Source of the DNA: Anaeramoeba ignava BMAN
Taxonomy: Eukaryota; Protista; Anaeramoebae
NCBI GenBank assembly: GCA_028826165.1
Contig: JAPDFW010000072.1
Span: 1 to 64,000 of the forward strand
Direction: 5' to 3'
DNA: 64,000 bases
The first letter of the stretch is position 1; every line of letters begins with the position of its first letter. A program made the translations under genes and the position numbers. The notes beneath the pieces were generated by a model. It did not search any database. It saw only the letters and a program-made list of their open reading frames with translations, and was not told the DNA's origin. Positions 51,457-64,000 of the stretch are shown piece after piece.

Positions 51457-54400
51457 ATGCTTTCACAAATTATTGTTAAAAAACATTCAATTCAACAATT
51501 AAAATTGATACTTCCAAAATTTTCAAATCAATTTACAAATTATTTTTTCCAACAAAGCATAACAAATTCAAAATCAGATTTAAAAACAAATTTAAAAATT
51601 ACAAAATATGTTCAAGAAAATTTATTTTTAACAAAACCAAAAAATTTAAATGTAAGATATTTTTCATCAATGCAAACTCCACCAAAAGAACAAAATGAAG
51701 AAGAAGCTTTAAAAAAATATACAAAAGATTTAACAGAATTGGCTAAAAAAGGAAAACTTGATCCAGTAGTTGGAAGAGATGAAGAAATAAGAAGAACAAC
51801 ACAAATACTTTCTCGAAGAACTAAAAATAATCCTATTTTAATTGGAGAACCTGGAGTTGGAAAAGTGTGAATGAATATTATTTAGACATTTTAATATTTG
51901 ATTTAATTTAAATATTTAATTTTAATATTTGATTTAATTTAAATATTTGATTTAATTTTAATTATTTGATTTGATTTTAATTATTTGATTTAATTTAAAT
52001 ATTTGATTTAATTTAAATATTTAATTTAATTTTAATATTTGATTTAATTTAAATATTTGATTTAATTTAAATATTTGATTTAATTTAAATATTTGATTTA
52101 ATTTAAATATTTAATTTAATTTAAATATTTGATTTAATTTAAATATTTGATTTAATTTAATTTTTTAATTTATTTAAATATTTAATTTTAATTTAAATAT
52201 TTAAAATATTTAAATTTAATTTAAATATTTGATTTAATTTAAATATTTAATTTAATTTATTTGATTTTTATTTATTTAATTTAAAAATATTTAATTTAAT
52301 TTTTAAAATATTTGATTTAATTTAAATATTTAATTTTAATATTTAATTTTTTAATTTAAATATTTGATTTAATTTAATTTTAAATATTTGATTTTTTTAA
52401 ATTTAATATTTTAATATTTAATTAAATTTTAATATTTAAATATTTTAATTTAAATATTTGATTTAATTTAAAAATATTTGATTTAATTTAAATATTTGAT
52501 TTAATATAAATATTTAATTTTATTTAAATATTTGATTTAATTTAAATATTTGATTTGATTTAAATATTTGATTTAATATTTGATTTAATATTTGATTTAA
52601 TTTAAATATTTAATTATTTAATTTAATTTGATTTGATTATTTTAAAGACAGCTATAGTTGAAGGACTCGCACAAAGAATCGTTGCAGGTGAAGTTCCATC
52701 TTCATTACTTAACAAAAAAGTTCTACTTTTAGATCTTGGATTACTAGTAGCTGGAGCTAAATATAGAGGAGAATTTGAAGAAAGATTAAAAACACTTTTA
52801 AAAGCAATTGAAAAACATCAAGATTTAATAATTTTTATTGACGAAATCCACAATCTTGTTGGAGCAGGAAAAGCAGAGGGAAGCATGGACGCATCAAATC
52901 TAGTAAAACCACAACTCTCAAGAGGGGAATTACACTGTATAGGAGCAACAACGTTGGATGAATTTCGGATTCACATTGAAAAAGATGCAGCTTTGGCAAG
53001 AAGATTCCAACCGCTTTATGTCAAAGAACCCACCGTTGAAGAAACAGTCTCCATTCTTCGCGGTTTAAAAGAAAAATATGAAGTTCATCACGGAGTCAGA
53101 ATTCTTGATTCCGCAATTATTGCAGCAGCTACAAAAGCTAAAAAACATATTACTCAAAGACATCTTCCTGATTCGGCTATTGATTTAATTGACGAATCAG
53201 CAGCAAGACTCTCTTTGCAACAACAATCAAAACCAGAAAATCTTGAAAATTTAGAAAGACTTATTACTCGTCTCAAAATTGAATTTGAATCATTGAAAAA
53301 TGAACATGATCCAATTAGTCTCGATAGGAGAAAACAAATCCAACAAGAATTGGAACAAAATAAAAAGGAATTCGATAAATTGAACCAAGACTTCCTCAAG
53401 GAAAAAGAGGAGCTTTCAAAAATAAACTCAATAAAAAAGCAGCTTGAACAGCTTCGAATTGAGCTTGAAATTGCTATTCGAAAGGGAGACCATTCAAATG
53501 CTGCAAGAATTAAACATGGTTCAATTCCTCAACTTGAAAAACAAATCCCAAAAGAAAGCATTCAGAACGAAGATTCATATCATTCTAATAAGCTTCTTCG
53601 CGATTTTGTTACTGACCAAGATATTTGCCATGTTGTTTCAAGAATCACTGGCATTCCCCTTGAAAATCTTGTTGCAGGCGAAAAAGAAAGACTTCTGAAA
53701 ATGGAACACATGCTTCAAAAAAGAGTAAAAGGCCAGGATCATGCTATTAAGATTGTTAGTCAGGCTGTTAGATTAAATAGAGCTGGTTTGCATCCTCATA
53801 AAGGTCCGATTGGCTGTTTTATGTTTGTTGGTCCTTCTGGTGTTGGAAAGGTAAAAAATTAAAATTAAAATTAAAATTAAAATTAAAATTAAAATTTAAA
53901 ATTAAAATTAAAATTAAAATTAAAATTAAAATTAAAATTAAAATTAAAATTAAAATTAAAATTAAAATTAAAAAAACTGTCAAAAAAAATATTTTTTTTA
54001 TTCATTTCAAGACTGAATTAGCAAAAGCTCTCGCTGAATTTTTATTTGATGATGAAAATGCGATGATTAGAATTGATATGTCTGAAGTAATAAAAAACAA
54101 AAAAAACAAAAAAAACAAAAAAACAAAAAAAACAAAAAGTTCTCAAAAAAAAATATTTTTTTTCCCCATTTTTTAAATTTATAGTTTATGGAAAGATTCA
54201 GTGTTTCAAGACTTATTGGAGCACCTCCAGGTTATGTAGGATATGAAGAAGGAGGAAAACTGACAGAAGCAGTAAGACGAAGACCATTTTCAGTTGTTCT
54301 TTTGGATGAATTTGAAAAAGCTCATCCTGAAGTTTCCAATCTTTTACTTCAAGTTCTTGGTGAAGGTCATCTTACTGATTCACATGGAAGAAAAGTGGAT

Positions 54401-54898
54401 TTCAAATCAACAATAATTGTTCTCACTTCAAACATTGGATCAAATATCATTGGATCACTTGATGAAAATAAATCCATTTCAAGTGTGAAAGATGACATTA
54501 TTTCAGCAATGAAAAGACATTTTGCACCTGAATTTATGAATCGATTAGATGATATTATTTTCTTTGAAAGATTATCACTAGAAACAATGAAGAAAATTCT
54601 TGATTTGGAAATTTCAAGTATCAATAAAATTTTTGAGGAAAGAAATATTCAAATTGCTTTGGATGAAAATTCTCAAAATTGGTTAATTAAAAAAGGTTTT
54701 GATCCTGTTTATGGTGCTCGTGCTTTAAAAAGAGTTGTCAGATCTGAGCTTTTGAATAAACTTGCTACTTTTATTATAGATGGGAAAATTTCTCCAAATA
54801 CAAATGTTCAAATTTCAAAAAATCCTTCCAAAGAAGAACTTTCTATTGATTTGATCAAAAAAGAAAAAGAAAAAGAAAAAGAAAAAGAAAAAAAATAA
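51457..54898 (+). CDS. clpB: ClpB/Hsp78 disaggregase with a mitochondrial/hydrogenosomal presequence, 4 exons (introns 51865-52647, 53851-54011, 54087-54184)
   Basis: [30 protein letters not shown]|[17 protein letters not shown], middle coiled coil, GPSGVGK|TELAKAL, RIDMSE|[20 protein letters not shown]. There is no Clp N-domain; instead a basic, nearly acid-free leader ends in VRYFSS. Confidence 0.95.
51890..52640. repeat. (AAATATTTGATTTAATTT)n-type repeat filling clpB intron 1
   Basis: Directly visible. Confidence 0.9.
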
Positions 54899-55069
54899 TT
54901 TCATTAAAAAATTTTTTTCATTTTTTTCTTTTCAAATCAAAACAAACAAAATTAAAATTAAAATTAAAACAAATTTAAAATTAAAATTAAAACAAATTTA
55001 AAATTAAAACAAATTTAAAATTAAAACAAAATTAAAATTAAAACAAATTTAAAATTAAAATTTCTTTTT

Positions 55070-56600
55070 AAATAAGAAATTATAAAAGAAATTGAACTTT
55101 TCAATTCATCAGGGAATCAAAAATAAAAAGAAAATTAATAAAAATCCTTTTTACACAAGAAATAATTAATGAACTGAAATATTCAATTCATCAGGGAATC
55201 AAAAATAAAAAGGAAATTGATAAAAATCCTTTTTTACACAAGAAATTATTGATGAACTCAAATTTTCAATTCATCAGGGAATCAAAAATAAAAAGAGAAT
55301 TAATAAAAATCCTTTTTACACAAGAAATTATTGATGAACTCAAATTTTCAATTCATCAGGGAATCAAAAATAAAAAGAGAATTGATAAAATTGATAAAAT
55401 TCCTTTTTAAACAAATTATCAAAGAAACTGAACTTTTCAATTCATCAGGGAATTAAAAATAAAAAGAAAATTAATAAAAATTCCTTTTTACACAAGAAAT
55501 TATTGATGAACTGAAATTTTCAATTCATCAGGGAATCAAAAATAAAAAGGGAATTGATAAAATTGATAAAATTCCTTTTTAAACAAGAAATTATTGATGA
55601 ATTGAAAGATTCAATTCATCAGGGAATCAAAAATAAAAAGAGAATTGATAAAATTCCTTTTTACACAAGAAATTATTGATGAACTGAAATTTTCAATTCA
55701 TCAGGGAATCAAAAATAAAAAGAGAATTGATAAAATTCCTTTTTAAACAAATTATCAAAGAAACTGAACTTTTCAATTCATCAGGGAATTAAAAATAAAA
55801 AGGAAATTAATAAAAATCTTTTTTACACAAGAAATAATTAATGAACTGAAATATTCAATTCATCAGGGAATCAAAAATAAAAAGGAAATTAATAAAAATC
55901 CTCTTTACACAAGAAATTATTGATGAACTGAAATATTCAATTCATCAGGGAATCAAAAATAAAAAGGAAATTAATAAAATTCCTTTTTACACAAGAAATT
56001 ATTGATGAACTCAAATTTTCAATTCATCAGGGAATCAAAAATAAAAAGAGAATTGATAAAATTCCTTTTTAAACAAAAAATTATTAAAGAAATTGAAAGA
56101 TTCAATTCATCAGGGAATTAAAAATAAAAAGGAAATTAATAAAATTCCTCTTTACACAAGAAATAATTAATGAACTGAAATATTCAATTCATCAGGGAAT
56201 CAAAAATAAAAAGGAAATTAATAAAATTCCTCTTTACACAAGAAATAATTAATGAACTGAAATATTCAATTCATCAGGGAATTAAAAATAAAAAGGAAAT
56301 TAATAAAATTCCTCTTTACACAAGAAATAATTAATGAACTGAAATATTCAATTCATCAGGGAATCAAAAATAAAAAGGAAATTAATAAAATTCCTCTTTA
56401 CACAAGAAATTATTGATGAATTGAAAGATTCAATTCATCAGGGAAAATAAAAATATACTTTTCTTTTTTAATAAAGGTAAGTTAAGAAATTAAAAGATCT
56501 CAATTCACAAAAGAAAAGTAGAAGAAAAAGAAATGAAACATATCTTTACTATTTTTAAATACTTATTGATAAAGGAATTAGTATTTTCAATTCATCAGGG
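55070..56600. repeat. 82-bp tandem array, 17 copies plus 1 detached degenerate copy, with invariant core TTCAATTCATCAGGG and two inverted repeats per unit
   Basis: AGGG of the core at ~55111, 55193, 55276, 55358, 55447, 55530, 55621, 55703, 55783, 55865, 55947, 56029, 56112, 56194, 56276, 56358, 56440 and 56597. Confidence 0.95.
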
Positions 56601-57010
56601 TTAAAAAAAGAAAAAAAAGGGAAGCAAATAAGATTAAGAAAAGAAAAGAAAAGAAAAGAAAAGAAAAGAAGAAAGGCAAAAAATAAAAAACAAAAGAAAG
56701 AAAAGCAAAAAAGAATAATAATAATCCCCTTAAATTATCCTCTTTCTTTCTCAAAAATTTCGATGTTTCAATATTTAAAAACATGAAATGAAAATAAAAC
56801 GAAAACATAACGAAAATAAATCGAAAACATAACGAAAATAAAAAGTGCATAAAAACCTGTAAAATTAAAGCTAAACCAAACCTTTTTTTTTTTCTAATTC
56901 ATTTCAATCCCTTTTCCTTTTATAATTTTTATTTAAAAAAAAAAGGAAAAAAATGAAAAAAAAAAAATCAAAAAAAAAATCATTTTTTACTTTTTTTTTT
57001 CAATTAAAAA

Positions 57011-57258
57011 ATGCAAACAAATTTTAATTTTTAAATAATAATAATAATAATTTGCCTTTCGTTTTTTTATCAACAAAACCTCAAGAAGAAAAATCAATTA
57101 AAGAACCTTTTCCAAAACTTTTTGTTCCTCCATTTTATATTGATATTTCTGAAATTGCTCAAGCAAATTTTGAAAAACCTCCTATTGAAATCAATAATAA
57201 AACAAACCAAAACCAAAACCAAAATCAAAATAAAAATCAAAATCAAAATCAAAATTAA
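57011..57258 (+). CDS. Possible small hypothetical protein (requires a 1-nt indel near 57030)
   Basis: ATG at 57011 in an A-rich context and a coding-like stretch LPFVFLSTKPQEEKSIKEPFPKLFVPPFYIDISEIAQANFEKPP, but the ATG frame stops after 7 codons. Confidence 0.35.
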
Positions 57259-57549
57259 AATTAAAATTAAAAATCAAAATTAAAATCAAAATCAAAATCA
57301 AAAATCAAAATTAAAATCAAAATCAAAATCAAAATTAAAATCAAAATCAAAATCAAAATCAAAATAAATTATTTTGAAAAAAATGTAAATAAATTGTTTG
57401 GGAAATTCCTTTTATTCTTTTAAATTTTGAAAAGAAAAAGAAAAAAGAAAAAAGAACAAAAGAAGATTATCAAAAGTAAATCGAAATCTGAATTCTTTTT
57501 TTTTTGATTTTTGTTTTGATTTTGTTTGCTAAATCAAAATTGTTTGAAA

Positions 57550-60500
57550 TTATTTAAATTGCTTTCTGTTTTTTTTAATTTGAATAAACCAATCAAAAGA
57601 TTCATTTTTATGATCGAAAGAAAAAGCATTTTCTGTAGAATCAGTTAAAGAAGAAAGAATGAAAACATTTTTTTTCTTATTATAAGTATCCATTTGAGAA
57701 ATGTTTGTATTGTTAATAATATCAATAATTTCAAGAGGTTCTTTTGATTTAGCATATAAAGGTTGGTCTTTAAAAATGCCAAGAGTTTTTGACTGAAGAA
57801 TAATAAAACGCTTTTTGAATCCTGATTTGTTTTTGGAATGCATGCAATTTCCTTGTTTAAGAATATTGATTGATTTGATTTCATTCCAATCATCTATTGG
57901 AACTTGTTGATTTGGTGATTCTGAATGATCTTGAGCATTTGTTTCTTTATTCAATATTGTGTTGTTTGATTGATTATCTTGAATAGATTGATTTTGTGCC
58001 TCTTTTGTTATTTTAGGTGCATTTTGTGGTTCTTCTTTTGTTTTTCTTTGTGAAATTGCAAGTTTAATTTGTTCTTCTTGTTTTTTTTGTTGTTTATAAG
58101 TTGGTGACATTTTATATTCTTTGAAATAAACAAAGAGTGTTTGAAATGCTTTTTCTGTTTGTGGTATTTTTTTCAATGTTCCCATTACTTGAGAAACCAG
58201 TTCATTAATTGAATCCATTCCTTGTTCATTTAAAAATGGTGGAATTGTGTTTCCCACAATTTGAAGAACTGATTTGATATTTTGTTGGAAAATTGATTCT
58301 GTAAAGCTTCCTTTTGGTTTGTTTTGAAGAAATAGAATATTCACAAATGGTGCTTTGATTTCTTGTTCTTGTTTTGTATCTTGGAGTTTTGAAAAAGGAA
58401 TTTTAAGATCTTCTGGTTTTACATCAAGATCATCCTTTTAAATTAAATATTTATTAAATTAAATATCATTTTAAATTAAATTTTAAATTTTAAATTTTTA
58501 CAGATAATTGTTCCATAAAAACTGATCTATCCATAAATCTTCCTGTAATATCTTCATTAATTGCTTGCATATGTTTTCGATTAGAACTAAATGTAATACC
58601 ATTTGAAAGAGCTTGAATAACTGTTGAAAGTAATAGTAAACCTCTTTGAGCAGATTTTGTAAGAGGAACTAATCAGAAAAATTAAATTAAATTAAATTGA
58701 ATTGAATTGAATTGAATATTGAATATTAAATTGAATATTGAATTGAATATTGAATTGAATATTGAATATTTAATATTGAATTGAATTAAATTGAATTGAA
58801 TTGAATATTGAATTGAATTGAATTTAATATTGAATTGAATATTGAATATTGAATTAAATATTAAATTAAATATTAAATATTGAATATTGAATTAAATATT
58901 GAATTAAATATTAAATATTGAATTGAATTGAATATTGAATTGAATATTAAATATTGAATTGAATTGAATATTGAATATTAAATATTGAATTGAATATTGA
59001 ATTGAATATTGAAATTGAATTAAATTGAATTGAATTGAATTGAATATTGAAATGAATTAAATATTAAAATTAAATATTAAATTAAATACAATTAATAACC
59101 CCAAAATTTGAAGGAGAAACAATTGCAGGACAAATAAATCTCAAAAAGATAAAACCACCAATTGCGGAAGTAACATTATCAGGGAATCTTTGCATAATAA
59201 CATTTCTCAAAGTAGCAGCAATAAATTTAAATCCAGGAGGAGCTTGTTCAGCAGAAAGAAAAACTCTATCAAGAAATTTATGGAAATAAAATTTCAAATT
59301 TTTCATATTAGCTTCAATTTTTTGATCAACATTAGATTCGACTTGAACTTCAGTTCCATCATTAGATGATTCTGAATACATTAGTTTATTAGGATCCACT
59401 TCGCATTCAAGACCTGAGTCACATAATTCCTTGATATTATCATAAAGAATCTCTTTTAAATAATTTTTTCCATAAAGCATTGCATATTTAGTAATCATTT
59501 TAGTTGCTGCATCATTACTTCGAAACAAACTTCCTGCAGACATTGTTCTTAATACTTCTTGAGAAATTGCACATTTAATAAAAGGTAGAATTATTCCTAA
59601 AGGCTCCAAAAATAGGAACAATGCTGTTGCAATTTTATCAAGTGCATCTCTGCAATAATTCGAATCTGTTGCTATTGTTATGTATCTTATGTCTTTTGGC
59701 TTGAATATCCCATTTAATGCTTCTTTTCCTACGCTAAATGATTCGTTGAATTGATGATCTGGTTTGGTCTCCACTTTTAGTAATTGTTGTTTTACTAATT
59801 CTTTTCCATTATCATCAAGTATACTTTCAATTAAATTTCGAAGTGATTCTCCAAATGATTCCTTTTGACAATCTTCAACAATTTCTTTAATTTCCTATTA
59901 AAATTAAATAGAAACATTTTATTAAATCAATTTATTAAACTATTTTATTAAATTGATTTATTTTTACTTTTATGTTAACTGAAATTTTCAATTCAACTGA
60001 TAATTGAAATAAAAGTGTTGTAATTTTTTCAAAATCAACAAGTTCAATCAAAAATTTATCAAAGCATCTTGATATCCCATTTCGAATTTTTAAGATTTTA
60101 AATTCTATTCAAAATATTAAATATAAATATAAATATAAATATAAATATAAATATAAATATAAATATAAATATAAATATAAATATAAATATAAATATTATA
60201 AATATAAATATAAATATAAATATAAATATAAATATAAATATAAATATAAATATAAATATAAATATAAATATAAATATAAATATAAATTATAAATATAAAT
60301 ATAAATATAAATATAAATATAAATATAAATATAAATATAAATATAAATATAAATATAAATATAAATATAAATATAAATATAAATATAAATATAAATATAA
60401 ATATAAATATAAATAAATCAATACCATTAATATCATCTGGAATATATTTATTGATAATAATTTTATCAATAAATTGAGTTGATATATTCTTCTTAAATAT

Positions 60501-63500
60501 TATCATAAATAAGAAATGATAAAAAAGTGCCTTAATAGCTTCTAAAAAATCAACAGGAAATCCAAGTACTGTTTTTTCAATTTGACTTAAAGTTTGTAAA
60601 ATTTCATTTGGAATATTGAAATCAATTTGACTAATTTTGGATTCAATATCTCTCTTTTTTGTTTCATCAAGTTTAACTTTTGTAAAAGAGTCAACAATTG
60701 TAAAAAATCCATGAAGAAGAGATTGTCTTTCAAAAGAATCAGAAGGTTTCTTTTTAAATTTTAATTATAATTTTAATTTTAATTTTATTTTAATTTTAAT
60801 TTTAATTTAAATTTCAATTTTAATTTTAATTTTAATTTTAAATATTAATTTTAATTTTAATTTTAATTTTAATTTTAATTATAATTTTAATTTTAAATTT
60901 AATTTTAATTTTAATTTTAAATTTAATTTTAATTTTAATTTTAATTTTGATTTTAATTATAATTTTAATTTTAATTTTAATTTTAATTTTAATTTTAATT
61001 TTAATTTTAATTTTAATTTTAATTTTAATTTTAATTTTAATTTTAATTTTAATTTTAATTTTGATTTTAAAAATTTTAATTTTAAGAAGATTTTGTTTTA
61101 ATTTTAAAATTTTTAATTTTAAAATTTAAATTTTAATTTTAATTTTAATTTTAATTTTAATTTTAATTTTAATTTTAATTTTAATTTTAATTTTTAATTT
61201 TAATTTTAATTTTAATTTTAATTTTACTGAATGAAGAAGATTTGCTTGAAGTTTTAGATTTTCTTTAATTCCATTAAGTGAATCATTTTTAGAAGGATAA
61301 AATTCAGCAATTTGAGAAAGAATAGTTGATAATTTATTATTAATTATTTGGAAATTAGTTTTTGCATCTTCCATAAAACTTTCAATTTCTTGAACAGTAG
61401 AAAATTGAATATCAACTTTTTCTTGTTTTTTTTCATTTTTCTCTTTTTTTTGTAAAACTTCATCAAGAGATGTAAAATGAATTTCATCTGAATCTTTAGT
61501 TTCATTTACTTGACTTAAAATTGAAGAAATATCAAAATTTTCAGATGGTTTTCTAAGATTTGAAAGTATTTCTTCAACATCTTTAGAAATTTCTCCATTA
61601 AATCGACTTTTTCTTGTCTCTTTAACTGGTGCTTGCTGTTGAGTTTGTTGTTGAGTTTGTGATGTTACTTGTCTTTTGAATGAATGCTGAATGTTTTTTC
61701 CAATGTTTTTAATAGGATTTGTTGGAGAATTTGATAATCTTGAAAATTTATCCTTTTTTTTAGAAAGAATATTTTAATATTTATATATTTAATATTTAAT
61801 ATTTAATATTTTAATATTTTTAATATTTTATTATTTAATATTTTAATATTTTAATATTTTAATATTTTATTATTTTAATATTTTATATTTTAATATTTTA
61901 ATATTTTAATATTTTATTATTTATTATTTTAATATTTTAATATTTTATATTTTATATTTTAATATTTTAATATTTTAATATTTTAATATTTTAATATTTT
62001 ATTATTTTTTATTATTTAATATTTTATTTTAATATTTTAATATTTTTATTTTTTTATTTTATTATTTTATATTTTAATATTTTTTTATATTTTTATATTT
62101 TTAATATTTTTATATTTTAATAATTTATTATTTTAATATTTTTATTATTTTAATATTTTAATATTTTAATATTTTAATAATTTATTATTTTAATATTTTA
62201 ATAATTTATTATTTTAATATTTTAATATTTAATATTTAATATTTTAATATTTTAATAATTAATATTTTATTATTTATTATTTAATATTTTAATATTTTTT
62301 GTACTTGAGAATCTTCCATTTGTGGTTTATATCCATAATTTGTTGTTGGTCTCCAAATTTGATCCTTAATTTGTTCTTGATATGTTTTTGTTTTTAATGT
62401 TGGTTTCCAAATAAATAAAGCTGTTAAAAATCTGATAATTGATTCTTCATTTTTCTTTTAATTATAAAAGAAAAAAAATTAATTTCAAATGAGAAAAAAA
62501 TAACCACAAATAAAAATAAAAATAAAAATAAAAATAAAAATTAAATACATTTGCAAGATCTTCATAAGTAAGTAAATTTGCTTTAAAAGTTGTTTTTTTC
62601 ATTAAATTATTAAAAGTTTCAAGACGACTTACAACAGCAGATTCAAGATAAACATCCATAAATCCCAAATTTGGTTGAATTTCAGACATTAAATTAGTTA
62701 AAGCAATGCAATCCTATAATTTATAATTTAATTTATAATTTTATTTATAATTTTAATTTATAATTTTATTTATATTTATATTTATAATTTTATTTATAAT
62801 TTTATTTATTATTTAATTTATAATTTAATTTATATTTTAATTTATAATTTTATTTATAATTTTATTTATATTTTTATTTATAATTTAATTTATAATTTAA
62901 TTTATAATTTTATTTATAATTTTATTTATAATTTTATTTATAATTTTATTTATAATTTAATTTATAATTTAATTTTAATTTATAATTTAATTTATAATTT
63001 TATTTATAATTTAATTTATATTTTAATTTATAATTTAATTTATAATTTAATTTATAATTTAATTTATTTTTATTTATATTTTTAATTTATAATTTTATTT
63101 ATAATTTTATTTATATTTTTATTTTATAATTTAATTATTTTATTTTAATTTTATTTATACATTTTATTTATAATTTTATTTATAATTTTATTTATAATTT
63201 AATTTATAATTTTATTTATATTTTTATTTATAATTTAATTTATAATTTTATTTATAATTTTATTTATAATTTAATTTATAATTTATAATTTTATTTATAA
63301 TTTTAATAATTTTATTTATAATTTAATTTTTATTTATAATTTTATTTATAATTTTATTTATAATTTTTTTTAATTTTATTTATAATTTTATTTATAATTT
63401 TATTTATAATTTTATTTATAATTTTATTTATAATTTTATTTATAAATTTTATTTATATTTTTAATTTATAATTTTATTTATAATTTTATTTATAATTTTA

Positions 63501-64000
63501 TTTTATAATTTTATTTTTAATTTTATAATTTATTTTAATTTATAATTTTAATTTATAATTTATTTATAATTTTATTTATAATTTAATTTATAATTTAATT
63601 TATAATTTAATTTATATTTTAATTTATTTTAAATTTTATTTATAATTTAATTTATAATTTTATTTTATAATTTTATTTATATTTTAATTTATAATTTAAT
63701 TTATAATTTAATTTATATTTTAATTTATAATTTTATTTATAATTTTATTTATAATTTTAATTTATAATTTTATTTATAATTTAATTTATAATTTAATTTA
63801 TAATTATTTATTAAATTATTTTTATTTATAGTTTAATTACCTGGAAATCATCAGTAAAATTCTTTACTTCTGTTTGTTGTCCTGCTTTTCGAAGAATAAA
63901 ATTAACCCATCTTAAAAGAAGATCAAAAGGATCAAGTTTTATTAAATCTTCACTATCTGATGTTTTTAAAACTCGAATATCAGGATTATAAATGACTCGA
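57550..64000 (-). CDS. Calponin-homology + RasGAP + PH domain protein, multi-exon, 5' end outside the window
   Basis: CH domain LDPFDLLLRWVNFILRKAG..VKNFTDDFQ|DCIAFTNLMSEIQP; RasGAP SLFRSNDAATKM, CEVDPNK, GGFIFLRFICPAIVSP, RGLLLLSTVIQALSNG; PH domain LKQG..FKKRFIIL..WFIQIKK. About 9 GT-AG introns, several filled with repeats. Confidence 0.88.
62716..63838. repeat. ~13-bp (TTTATAATTTTAT)n repeat filling a RasGAP intron; other RasGAP introns carry (ATTGA)n, (AAATAT)n, (AATTTT)n and (AATATTTT)n
   Basis: Directly visible at 62716-63838, 58685-59080, 60118-60412, 60755-61225 and 61770-62300. Confidence 0.9.

Noticed and set aside
55070-56600. CRISPR array
   Set aside because: Sequences between the conserved cores are homologous to each other rather than unique spacers; no cas genes; eukaryotic context.
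55070-56600. Tandem minimal hammerhead ribozymes (minus strand reads CUGAUGA-auu-GAAA)
   Set aside because: GAAA is GAAU in many copies, no UH site is directly followed by a strand pairing with the bases before CUGAUGA, and CUGAUGA is sequestered in hairpin A. An unconventional fold is not excluded without testing.
55070-56600. C/D or H/ACA snoRNA cluster (UGAUGA, CUGA, hairpin-hairpin-ACA)
   Set aside because: Box spacing is wrong, there is no variable guide region, and the hairpins are too short for pseudouridylation pockets.
1-64000. Inteins, transposases, tRNA/rRNA genes, non-canonical (AT-AC) introns
   Set aside because: No Hint, homing-endonuclease, RT or transposase motifs and no tRNA/rRNA-like GC-rich segments were recognised; all reconstructed introns are GT-AG.

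Overview
This is extremely AT-rich, intron-containing eukaryotic DNA using the standard code and GT-AG introns. The N/Q-rich low-complexity proteins, repeat-BTB families, presequence-bearing ClpB/Hsp78 and a prokaryote-type Fe-S membrane protein suggest an anaerobic protist such as the metamonad Anaeramoeba (inference, not verified). About 17 genes were reconstructed: the 3' part of a disrupted RNF213-like AAA+/E3 gene, a PNKP-like gene with degenerate catalytic motifs, FAM32A, ARL1, PSMG1/PAC1, TFIP11, an unknown protein, an ENTH/epsinR-like gene, two tandem FG-GAP-propeller/FN3 receptors, BTB-ARM, RCC1-BTB, a NapH/MauN-type Fe-S membrane protein, a small J-domain protein, ankyrin-BTB, ClpB/Hsp78 and the 3' part of a CH-RasGAP-PH gene. 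Most short ORF-track entries are artefacts of simple repeats. The most notable observations are kilobase introns built from intron-specific tandem repeats that avoid sense-strand AG, an 82-bp double-hairpin tandem array with minus-strand G-U bias, a prokaryote-type Fe-S protein with coordinated loss of one cluster, diversifying integrin-alpha-like receptors, and two apparent pseudo-enzymes (the PNKP phosphatase and the RNF213 RZ finger).
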